A program made the translations under genes and the position numbers. DNA of 64,000 nucleotides from the NCBI RefSeq assembly GCF_009914755.1, contig NC_060939.1. One strand, written 5' to 3'. The notes below the pieces were generated by a model. The model was not told where the DNA came from, searched no databases, and saw only the letters and a list, made by a program, of their open reading frames with translations. Shown here in pieces: positions 1 to 10,749 of the stretch. Source of the stretch: the human T2T-CHM13v2.0 reference genome, Homo sapiens. Position 1 is the stretch's first letter, and every line of letters begins with the position of its first letter.

Positions 1-3000
1 CTCAGCTCCAACCTCCGACTTCGGACCGCCAGGGTCACCTTCTCTACGCTGACCCCGCTTTTCTTAAATGAAAACACGCCAACAAAAGCATACTTCGGAT
101 ACAAAATCCAAGTACGCATCTTTTTTGGGGAGGTTAGAGCTGAGGTGTACTTCGGAAGATGAGAATTTTGTTTTCATGAATTGGGTAACACCCAGGCATT
201 GTTAGGTACCCCGACAGACCCTCTAGATATCCTTCTCTTCCTCCTTCACACTTTCTTCCTATCAAAATAGTTATTGTTTTGAAATTCACTAGAACAACGA
301 CGTTCTAAAAACAAAGGCGCAGCAAGCATCCCTTTCTTCGCTGCCGCGGGCTGAACCACGGACGCTCGCGGGTCGCCCAGCCCCGACGGCCCGCAGGGGG
401 CGCGCGCCGCAGCCGCAGCACAGCCCGGCTACCCCAAGAAAGGGAGCCGAATGGAGGGAAGCAGGGAGCGCGGAGGGCTCGAGGCTTGCAGATAAGGAGA
501 GGCGCATCCTGGGATTTGGGTCCTCTGCTGCTACAACACAACCGTGCTATTGTTGGCACTGTCCGACCCAAGTGTCGGTGGTAAGCGGCGATGTCGGGGC
601 TGGGTCTCTAGCAACCGCTGTGCCCTGGGTCAGGCTGGTCGCCCCAGCTACCGGGATCCCTCTCCGGATGCTTCCAGGGCGATAGGTGCTGCACCCATTG
701 ACGGGATAGCCGCATACCTCCGAACAGGTAGTGGAGTTCGTCTCTGGCAGGCATCCTAGCTGCGCTGACACCAAGGTCGCCACACAATAGCCATCAGCCC
801 CCCTTAAGCCCCAGAAGTAGGTTTCCCCTGCCCCAGCCATAGCGGTTCCAGTCGTCGCCACGAGCCCACTTCTTATCCCCAAGCGCACCTCCCTCTCCTC
901 ACCCGGGTTTATGCCCGTTACACAGAGAGAACTACACAGGGGGAACTATGGTCCTACACCCTCGAGGGGACAGACACCGGCCGTGAGACAGGCACCACGC
1001 AGAGCCTTCTGGTGACTGTCCGCAGGAGCGAGACCTTTTTTGGTTTTGCAGTCGGCTAGGTGTGTGTGTGTGAGGGTCCCCAGTTGACTACCGGGATGCA
1101 CTGCCACTTTTCGGCCTGGCGGGCTCTGGGACTCCTTGGTCTCCGTAGGAGGCCATCCTAGGCCTTCGGAGGAGGCGCTCCCAGCTGGCGGCGCCCCTCG
1201 CCCCGGGCTCAGAGGCGGACACGGTCGGTCGCGCCCTGCTGGCCCTTTGTTCGCGCCGCAGCGGGCTGGGAGCAGCTGCGCGACACCAGACCCACAGCGC
1301 CAAGACGCGAAGCGCGAGGAAACCGCTGCGCTTGACTCCTTCTCCCCCAACTCTTGGACCCAGGAACGCTTCCAGCTCCTGCGTCCCACACGCCCAGTCC
1401 TGGCTTCTCTCCCGGCCCAGAAGTCTTCAAGGATTGAAGGGCTCTGCCTAGGGCCCCGCACTCCTGCCTGACTCCCATGGCCCAGAAAAGCAGGGGGACA
1501 TTTGAAATGTCACCCCGGGATAAATATTAACAAAAAAGCAAATGGACTTGTGCAGGGGCCAGTTATCAATCAACCAGGCCGCAAGGCCACTCAGGGCAAA
1601 CACAGCCCAGGTTGGGCTGGGCGAGACTTTCTCATGGCCGCCCCCCGACCGAACCCCTCCCCCCTTGGCTCAGGTCCTTCTTAGGTCGTTCTGGGGCAAA
1701 CACCGGACGGGAAGGGGGCGCCGCCAACTCCCCCGCGGGGTTTAGAGGTTTCCTCGCCTCCAAGTCCCGCAGGGCAGGGTCGGAGTGCCCAACACCCACC
1801 CCCGCCCGAACCTCGGGCCTGCGCGCCGCCTTCCCCTGGGTCCGCGGTGCTGCGCTTGCTGTTGGGTGTGTGTCGCTGTCTCTTTCCGAGCCGGCAGCTC
1901 CTGCTGTGTGGCCGAAGCCCTCTGGAATCTTTAATTGGAAACTAATCTTGGTCTTGATAGACGCCCACGTCAGAGGCGCGCCACCCACCCACACCCCCCG
2001 CCTCATCCCGGAGGAGACGCGGCGAGAACCCTGTCGCTCTGCTCTTTAATGGGGCAGCAGCAAGTAGTACATGGAGGGAACATATATTGATTTTTAAAAG
2101 GTAGTTAATTTGGTGGGAATTTCCTCCTGTCGCCCTTCTTCCACCAGCCGCTGTTATTTCGTGACCGGAAGGCGCCTCCCCAAACACAGCGCCACGTGCA
2201 AGAGGGTTTTGACCCTCTGCAACAGGCTGCCGGCAACTGGAGGACAGAGGGGCGTGGAGAAGCCACCACTCTCCCGCTGCGGAGCGAAGGAACCGAGCTC
2301 AGTGAGCCCTGACCTCGCAAGGTGGTTGGAACGAGACTGGGGAGGGTCTCTGAGCGCAACAGCAAGGAAAGCTGCCAGGGGCACCTCCCCATATGGGAGC
2401 TGGTAGTGGGGGGCAGGCACTAATGTCCCGTAGGAACGGCCAAGGCGCTCTGCAATCCATTTTAAGGCTAATGCACTTGGCCCGTTAGAGATCATTTGGA
2501 AAGTTCAGAAAATAACCCCACTCTTTTTAAAATATGAAAATGTTAATGAGATGGCTCCTTCTTCAGTAACTTAAAAATAGGTTGTGAAGAGACTGTTCCT
2601 GGTTCCTTGCAGGAGACCCTCCTGGACCAACACAGAATCCTCAGTCCTAGCCCTTTCCACCATCCCTTTTAAGTTAAGGAAACAAAAATGTAATAGACAT
2701 GCTTCCTCAGGGTCTCAGGACACAGAGTCGGCTTGGTGTTTGGTGCCAAATGCCTGCCCTGCTGGACTCTCCAGTGTTTCACTTTTTCGAGGAAAAGGCC
2801 ATGGGCCTAGGGCCGAGGGCTGCATGGACCTCTACAGGTTGCTGGGTGCCCAGGCAGGCGCTCCTTCGATAGCCTCCTGGGTGCCACAAGCACCTGCCAG
2901 GCACCATGTTTGCGCCTCCAGCGTGCGGGTCCCAGCACTCAGGCTCCCTCCCCCTCCACAGTGCCGTCCCCTGAGCTCGGCTATGTAGCTCTCCACGCTT

Positions 3001-5086
3001 GGAGGTCAGAGGGCGCTCCTGCGGCCAGGTTTCCATGGCTCAGAGGTCGTCTCTGAACAGAACGTGTCAGTCTGTCCTTCCAGGGGGCGACAGCAGGCAG
3101 TGGGGGGAGGAGGGATATTGAAGTCCAGAGCAAGAGCCTCCAGGGGGCGGGGGTGGGGGATGGGGACCGAGTTTTCCCGGAGGGGTAGCCTTCTCCATTT
3201 CTATCTTCTTCCCACATTCCCCCGCTCCACTCTTTGGCTTCAGCGGGCACTGCCTGGGTAAGAGGCCCTGAAGCCTGGCTCTGGGGTGGTGTGGGTGTGT
3301 GAAAAGGCACTACCTTGGGCTCTGGAGAGACGGAGCAGTCAGGACGAGGAGCAGCCCCTTCGCCCACTCCCTCCGGAACCTCAGTTGCTCGCGGGCAGCC
3401 CACGGGTGGAGATATGGTGCCGGTAGCACAAGAGCTAGAGAGTGGAAAACCGGGGGCCAGCGATTCGCTGGGGCGCCCAGCGAGCCTCTTCTCCCCTGAC
3501 TGGTTCCCGGGCGCAGGCTGCAGGAACCTGCATGAGGACTTTGCCTGGGGCGAACGAAGGCAGAGCTGGGCTGGAAAACCTGGCAGGGCAGAGTCTCAGC
3601 CAGCGCGGTGCTTTGGGACCGGTGGCCTGCAGCGCCCAAACCCAAAGAACGCTTTGGGTCGCTTCGGGGCACGAATCGCAGGCTGGTCGGCACCTGCCAC
3701 CCCCAGCTTCTCATTGGCAGGCACGAGTTGGAGGAGGGGGCTTTGGCCTCACGCTTTGATTTTAGACTGTGAAACGGCTCAGTGCCCCCGGCTCAGAGCG
3801 GATTGACTGTCTCTCGTTCTCCAGGGACGAATTAATGGAGAACGATCAGTTAATTAACAAACCCTCATTCCGGCTTTTACCTTTTCTCTTCGCCAAGGCT
3901 CAGGCCTGGGCGCTGGGCTGAGATGGAGGTGGAGGTGGGGGGTGGGGGAGTGGGGGGGGAGGGGGCATGGACCAGGAGTCAATCAACTTGGCAACCGCCG
4001 GCCGGATCTCATCAAACCCAGGCCACCCTCCGCTGTCCTTAGCTCTACCTCCCCTCATGTTCTCTACCCTCAAGGGTCGCCGAATCCTCCTGAAATCCCC
4101 GGTGGGGTTCGGGCTGGGCTCAGCTTTCTTCTCTGCCTATCCGCGGTCTCGGGGAGCCAGGCGCGGTGTCTGCGCTGCGCCAAGGAGAGCTTCCAGCTGA
4201 ACTCAGAAACACCTGGGGCTTGGGGTTTCGGGCAGGAGACCTCTGCTCCTAGACTTGGGGGTCATTTACACACTCTCATCCCCAAACCCCCCTCCCGCAC
4301 GGGGATTCAGACGAAAATCGCGAAGAGGAATAATAAAACAAAATGCAAAGTCCTCAGGGAGTCGGCAGCGGAGTCGGTCCCAGGACATGGCTATTGCTTT
4401 GCAGCTCTCACTGGGACCTTGGGACGGTCAGCCTCCCTCTCCTTTCCACAGCCAATTCCATGCGCAGAGAGCGTCCTAACCCTTACAACTCGTCTGTGCT
4501 ACACACCCACCGCCCAATGGCTTTGAAACTTTTTGCCCATACTCTTAGATTGAGGTCACCCCAGCCAGCGCCAAAAGAATGAGCGCGGGAGGGGGTCACA
4601 GCAGCCAGTTCGGCCAAACATCGACGCTGCTCCGGCACGCTCCAGCCCAGCGCCTGGGATGTGTCAGAGGTACCTGCGAGGAACATTTGCGTGCGATTCC
4701 ACGCACGCGTTGCATCCCTCTTCCCAAACCCGGATCGCTGAACTGAGAGGTGGCGCAGAGTGTCTCACCAGGTGCGGGGATTTCTCTCCGCCTCAGGCCG
4801 TACGAGCTTCCCTCGCTGTCCCTGAGCGCAAATGAGCCTCTTCAGTCGCCGAGGCCCGGCCGCTTAGCTCTCGGAGCCTTCCACAGCCCAACACCCTGAG
4901 CCCTGGAGTAGGCAATTTGCTCCCACAGCCCTGTGCTGGCCCTTCCAGGCACAGGGAGTCCCCCTTCTAGGGGTAGGGGCGGGCGGGATGAAGCGCACCC
5001 AGCCCTCTCTCCTACCCTTCCTCCTTTGGTCCCTTCGGCTTTCGTGTACCTTATCTCCCGCGCGCCCAGCTCCTTGGCCGGCTCAC
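1..5086 (-). other. ONECUT1: 5' part of the ONECUT1 intron separating the CUT and homeodomain exons
   Basis: Begins at donor GTGAGC (5086). No homeodomain-coding sequence is seen in 1-5086. Confidence 0.93.
300..2450. promoter_or_regulatory. Intronic CpG island
   Basis: High GC and dense CpG by inspection; boundaries approximate. Confidence 0.75.
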
Positions 5087-6191
5087 CTGCTAAGCGGAGC
5101 GCGGACATGCGCTGGAACTCCGGCTCCTGCAGCCACTTCCACATCCTCCGGAAGGTCTCCCGGCCGGATTTGAGTTTGCTCCAGGGTTTGGGGTTGCGCA
5201 GCAGGTCCGAGAGGGTCCCCTGGGAGCGGCAGAGCACCCTCTGCGCGAAGATGGCCTGTGGGATGCTGTAGCGCTTGAGCTCGGTGGTGATACGCTGCGC
5301 CACCTCTTTGGTATTGATCTCTTCCATCTGCCCTGAATTACTTCCATTGCTGACCTGCGCGCCGGTCACCGAAGGGTTGGGCTCCCGGGCTGTGCCCAGG
5401 AGTTGCCCGTGGCCCTGGGCGTTCAGGTGGGCGTGGGGATGGTGCGGAGGAAGGCCGTTGATGGGCACCATGCCGGCCGAGGTGGGCGTGAGGTGCTGCT
5501 CCCCGTGGCGGCCGAGCATGGCCGGGTGGTGGGCTTCGAAGCCGTTGGGGGTGAGCATCTTGTCGGTGGGCATGGCGGCCCCCGGGTGGGCATAGTGGGG
5601 GAGCCCTTGCTGGGAGTTGTGGATGCTGCCCAGACCGGAGCTGGAGAGGGGCGAGAGGCTCTGGCCCATGCCGGCCACGTCCTTGTGGTAGGGGGTATAG
5701 AGGTTATTCATGGAGGCCAGCCCGCGCTCATCCCGCATGAGCGTGAAGCTACCGCTCACGTTGCCCGCCAGGCGCTGGTGGTGGTGCGGGTGGTGGTGGT
5801 GATGGTGGTGGTGGTGATGGTGGGGGAACTTGTCCGAGACTGTGGAGATGGGAGGCAGCGGCTGCAGAGGGGTCAAGGTGGTGTAGGTGGTGGGCATGCT
5901 CATACCTGGGGGAGTCTCGCAGGCCATGGTCATGGTGGGATGCAGGGGGCCGGCCAGGCTGTGCTCAGGGGCCCGGTGGTGGTGGTGGTAATCTCCGCCG
6001 CCGCTGCCGCCGTCCAGCAGGGACGCCATGCCCATGGAGCGCGGGTGCGCGGGGGGCAGGTGGCTGCCGCGGTGCGCCACGGAGCTGCGCGCGTGGGGGC
6101 TGCCGCCCAGCAGGTCGGCAGGGGCGGGCACCGGCTCATGGCTCACCCCGTGCAGCTCGCCGATCGCTTCCATGGTCAGCTGCGCGTTCAT
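5087..6191 (-). CDS. ONECUT1: ONECUT1/HNF6 coding exon 1 (368 codons + 1 nt; N-terminal region, poly-His, CUT domain); homeodomain exon is outside the window
   Basis: Translation MNAQLTMEAIGELHGVSHEP...EINTKEVAQRITTELKRYSIPQAIFAQRVLCRSQGTLSDLLRNPKPWSKLKSGRETFRRMWKWLQEPEFQRMSALRLA matches HNF6. ATG at 6191-6189 (CACGATGA). Consensus donor GCAG|GTGAGC with GT at 5086-5085, phase 1. Confidence 0.98.
5778..5822 (-). repeat. Coding CAC/CAT repeat encoding His11-Pro-His3
   Basis: (GTG)n/(ATG) run on the + strand; translation HHHHHHHHHHHPHHH. Confidence 0.95.
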
Positions 6192-6320
6192 CGTGATCCG
6201 GGCGAGCAGGCGGCGGACACAACATCGATGTGGCCAGGCAGAGGCGGCGAGGGGCGCACGGAGTCCGGTCTTCACATCGGCTGCTGGCGACTGTTGCCTT
6301 CCTTCCTCTCACTGTGGGGC

Positions 6321-6392
6321 TCTGTCTCTCTCTCTCTCTCTCTCCGTGTGTGTGTGTCCGTGTGTGCGTGTGCGTGTGTGTGTGTGTGTGTC
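6321..6392. repeat. Compound (TC)n(TG)n microsatellite in the ONECUT1 5' leader
   Basis: tctgtctctctctctctctctctccgtgtgtgtgtgtccgtgtgtgcgtgtgcgtgtgtgtgtgtgtgtg. Confidence 0.95.
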
Positions 6393-6659
6393 TCGCCTTC
6401 CCTCTTACCCCCCACCTTCCCCTCTGCGTCCTCGGCTTTTTTTTTTTAATATTAATTTCCAAAGAGGATCCGCGCCGTTGGGAGAGCGCAGTGCCCCAGC
6501 CCGCCCGCCTCGGCCACCTCTCGCCCCTCTCTTTCTTAAAATTCTGAGGTCTCCGGCTCCCCTGCCGCGGCCTGCGCTCCTGCCGCGGCTGCTGCCTGCC
6601 CGCCCCGCTGGCCAGCTTGAGCCATGGCTCTGTTACTGTTACAGACTCTGTGGCCGCGG

Positions 6660-6865
6660 TTCGGTAGCCGCCGCCGCCGCCGCCGCAGCGGCCCGCCCTC
6701 ACGCCCGCCAGGCGCAGCGCGCATGCGCGAGGCCCGCCCCCGCCCCCTAGGTCGCGGCGCGCCAGGCCCTTGGCGTCCCGGTACAAATGAAGGAGGGGGC
6801 CCAGCGCCTTCCCTGCGGCGCTGGATGGCCAGGGAGCTGCGGGCACGTGCGAAAGATTGGCGCAG
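6660..6865 (-). promoter_or_regulatory. TATA-less CpG-island core promoter of ONECUT1 (exact TSS not determinable)
   Basis: (GCC)6 at 6667-6684; NRF1-type palindrome CGCGCATGCGCG 6718-6729; GC boxes 6731-6747; E-box GCACGTGC 6843-6850; CCAAT box (ATTGG on +) 6856-6860; all ~0.5-0.7 kb upstream of the ATG. Confidence 0.7.
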
Positions 6866-9800
6866 AGCGCGACCTGGGGCCGCCGCTGCAATCCCAGGAG
6901 ACTCGCGCCTGGCTCGCTCGCCTCCCTTGCTTGAGTGGGCTCTGTCCTCCCAGCCCGGGGACGCTCGTGTCGGGCTTCTAGCGGCTGGAGTGCTGTGCTT
7001 GGAGACATCGCCCCTCTCTCTCCAGTTGCTGCTTCCCGGTGCAGCTTGCCCGGGGAGCTGGGGACTGTGTCATCACCCCTTCGGCTCTAGCCCACTAAGC
7101 TTTATTTCCCGGGGGGCTGCTGGGAGTGCGCTTTCCCACCCTTGAATTCACGGCCTATTGGGGGATGGGGGTTGGGGTGGGGTGGGGTGCAGATTGCTTA
7201 AAGGGCTGGGTCCGTTTGGCGGCCGTTGACCCGGCACCCTTCGTCCTCCCAGATACATACTTGCCCACCCTTTCTCATCCATGCCCTGGGGAGAGGAGTA
7301 ATCAGTGCCAAGAATCCCAGTTCGGGCCATACCTCACTGTCCCCCGCCGCCTGGCTCCTTCTCCCGCTCAGCTCATAATTAAGGCTGTGCGTCCGCTTCG
7401 CCGATGACTCGGCCTGTGGAGGGGGGCGAGGGAGAGCGGAGGGAGTGCCCTGGAGGGTACCCATGTTAACTTCCGGGTGCTGGTGGGGCCGTGGAGGCTC
7501 GGGCCGTCCCTGCGGTTACTCCCAAGGCCCTCCTGCTAAAGCACCCGGAGGCGGTTGCTTTCCAGAAGTACTGACGCAGACAGGGTGGACGCCGGCGCGC
7601 GGGTCTCCGCTTGGCCCCTAGGGACGCCCTTTTCCCGGCGTCCCCGAGAGACGCCTCCAGATTTGAAAATCAATTCAGCTTCGGGAGTAATTTCGCCCTT
7701 CCCACAGTCACGCTCCAATCCGGAATCGAACCTGGTCTTTGGGCCTGGTGGGGACGTGTGCGGAGGCCCCCAGTTTGAGACGTACACCCGGCCGCCACAT
7801 GCCGCGGCTTTCTTTCATTTACAAAAGAAAGAAAAAAAATCCGCAACAAAAGGCAGAGCCGTGTCCGCTTAGGTGCTTTCATCCCTCAGAGAAAGGACAG
7901 ATGTGCCCATTGTCCAGCCCGTGGCAGTTATGGCCGGGTCAGCGCCGAGCCTCAGCCCCAGGCAAGCGGTGGTTACAATGAGAATAGCCTCTCAGAGCCG
8001 GGGTATCTGGACTCAGATATGGAATAAAGTGTGTGTAGCCTGTGCTGGGCCAGACTCAGACTGTAGGTTTGCTTGCTGGGGCACCGAACTGCAGCCCACC
8101 CGTGGTGTTTCCACTGCAAATGCTCCCAAGCCCTTAGAGAGGCCAAGGCTGTGGTAGTGGTGGTAGTTGGGTTTCCAAGGCAAAAGTTTGGGCTGGCCAA
8201 CCCTTTGGGAAAAGTTCCCACCGGCCCAGGCATGAGTAGGCCTATCTCTTTGCCCAGGTCCCTGCTACCACCAGGGCAACATCCTAATCCAGGTAGGTCA
8301 AGTTCAGTGGATACAGTCAACGTGACTTCCTTGAAGGCGGCCATGTCCTGGGACTGGTTAATCTAGCTGGTTTTATCACCAGAGGCACTCCCATCCTGTC
8401 CAAACAATGCATATGGAGGCCCTGCAAATAATTCATCTCAATGGATTTCATGTCTACTTGCATAATGAACAGTTAGGAATTTAGGAACCCCCAGAGAAGA
8501 AAAGATATTTTAGGGAAAATACACTGATGTAAAGGAACTCAGAAAACACGATTAACTCTTTAAACTTGTATCTATATCTACCTATTCATACACGCATACA
8601 CACAAGCACAAAACATATATTTCCTGCCTAGTATATTACAGTACCTTGGTGGAAAGCTGCATCTTTGGTTTTTAATTGTTTCCATTCTCATTTCCTACAG
8701 CATGAGACCAAACAATGGGTTAAAGTAGCAGGGAGTCTTTCAGCTAAACAGTTGTCCCCCCGCCCCCGCCCCAATATTTTAATCCCGCTGAAGTGATTGA
8801 TTTGCCCTTATGACAACTATCTTCCCAAAAGGCAGTTTGTTAAAAGAAAGAAAGAAGTAAATACCACCAAGTGCACAAATTGTTCATGGTTTTCTCTTTG
8901 TGTAGCTAATTAGGAACTTGATCTTGGAAACCCTCCTTCATGAGAGGCACTCAGCTGAGCCTCTGGAGTCCACCTGAATAAGGCTGGCATCAGGTGAGCT
9001 CAACTTCCCCTCTCCCCCAAGGGCATTTATGAAAAGGGGGGCTGGCTCTGTGTTGGTCCCTAAAGAAGGAGCCAACGAAAAGACCTGGAGAAGCACCATA
9101 TGTGTTGGCTTGCTCAGTAATTTTTGATTTTTTTCTAAAACATTAAAATATTGTATGTGCAGGATTTGCTTTGGTTTGCAAATCTCCCTAATCTTTCTTG
9201 GCTATTCACACCATTTATCTAACCATTGTTCTCCCGTAATTGACTGAGTTGCAGTGGTTTCTCAGTCAGAAACAACATATTACTGTGTTCTTATTTGACC
9301 TCTCAAAATTTTTCTTCTTACTAAGGAAGTGACGGGTAGGAAGAATGCTCTTCTTAGGCCTAGTTAAGGTGAATTTGCATGTGTGGAGGGAGGACGGGCA
9401 CTAGAGAGATTGTTAACTGCTGGAAGGCTGGGACTACTTTCTGTCGTTTTGTCCCTCTCCTTCTTTCCCCCTTCCAGTGCCCAGAACAGAGCCTGGCACC
9501 CATTAGGTACACTATGGGGATTGAAGGAATTAAGAGTCCACAGAGGAGTCCCTGGAAACTTGGTAGGTGTAGGTCAATGTGTGTGATTGAGGAGGAGGAC
9601 TTATTTTTAGCTGCTTAGATTTTGAGTAGCTGCAGGAAATTTAAAGAAAAAAATAGTGTCAATCACTAGCAGAAAATTACATAATGTATATATGTAAGAA
9701 AAAAGGAAATAAGACTATGACTGGATGCTTGTTGCTGACAATATTTTCAGAGTGAAAACAAGGAATTTAGGATTTTATTTTGTAAATGTCAGGAGAAGAA

Positions 9801-10749
9801 CCTGGGATATGAGATGGACAGGGACAATCCTTCTTTTGCTAGGTAGGCTAGAGCTTACCACGCTGCCCTACCAGGTTCAGCAAAGAAAAAGCGCAAAGAG
9901 AATAAAACCATTCCTCCAAATACTGGCCACATGAGCTTCTCTGAAAACCTTCCATTGGTTTCAGAATTAATGCTTTAATTATTTTTGTGAGTAGTAGAGG
10001 CGTAACGTATGGCCCAGTCCCAGTTCTCAGGACCATTCCAAAGAAATGTTTCTAGCTCCTCCGAACCATGAAATGTCTACTTCCCATTTTTTGGACTCAC
10101 AAAGAGCGAGATCCTGGGTGTCAGGGCAAACTCCTCCACCCAGGGATCCAGGGGGGAGGCTGGCTCCTTGGCTAGAGCCCCAGGGCATATTCACTGGCAT
10201 TTCTGATGCCTGTAGCTAGTCTAACATTAAACTTGTGGGGAGGAACCATTTCTTTGGTATCTGGCTACAGTAGAGCACTAGATAGCTGGAGAGTGAAAGA
10301 CTTGGTCCTGGGTGCTTCCTGGCAAGCTCTCCTGTTCCACTTCTAGAGAAATTTTATTCAGAAAATTGCTGCAGGCTTAGAGTAGAACACCAAGAAATTC
10401 AGAATGGGGTGGCCTGGTGACTCACTATTGAAAACCATTAAAAAAAAATCACTCAATGACTTCTCTCCACTCTCTGGGGACCAAGGAAGTGGTAACTAAT
10501 TATGGTAGCCCCTTGCTTCAATCTTTGATACTCTGTTTAGCGTATCATTTTATTCATATGTTCGGTAACATTTTTCTTTCTCAAATTACAGTTTTTGCCC
10601 AAGAAAATATTTTTAAATTGGGCTTTTTTTTTTTTTTTGGCAGTTTCCTCTGTTTTATCTACTTCTTGCCCTTCCATATCCCAAAGAGAAGATGCTCTGT
10701 CAAAGGGCTGTCAGCTGGTGCCATCCGCAACTAACTCCACGTTCTGGGA

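Larger units (their letters stand above)
3300..8000. promoter_or_regulatory. Main CpG island spanning exon 1 and promoter
   Basis: Very dense CpG, GC-rich; boundaries approximate. Confidence 0.85.

Noticed and set aside
289-4686. Many overlapping 60-190 aa ORFs in the intron
   Set aside because: Present in all frames with no codon bias or known motif, apart from the beta-exon-like segment reported separately
5012-5016. Alternative donor AGG|GTAGGA as the source of a 26-aa beta insert
   Set aside because: Would add 71 nt, a frameshift, not 78 nt
6192-6275. ORF-track start at 6275 as the ONECUT1 start
   Set aside because: It is a GTG. The known protein begins MNAQLT at 6191. Kept only as a possible minor extension.
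5403-6449. 348-aa plus-strand ORF antisense to ONECUT1 exon 1
   Set aside because: Shadow frame of a GC3-rich CDS; non-ATG start; runs through microsatellites (VVVV, VCVC); no recognisable domain
6136-7145. Long ORFs of 173-290 aa across the promoter
   Set aside because: Low-complexity Arg/Pro/Gly/Ala products expected from stop-poor CpG-island DNA
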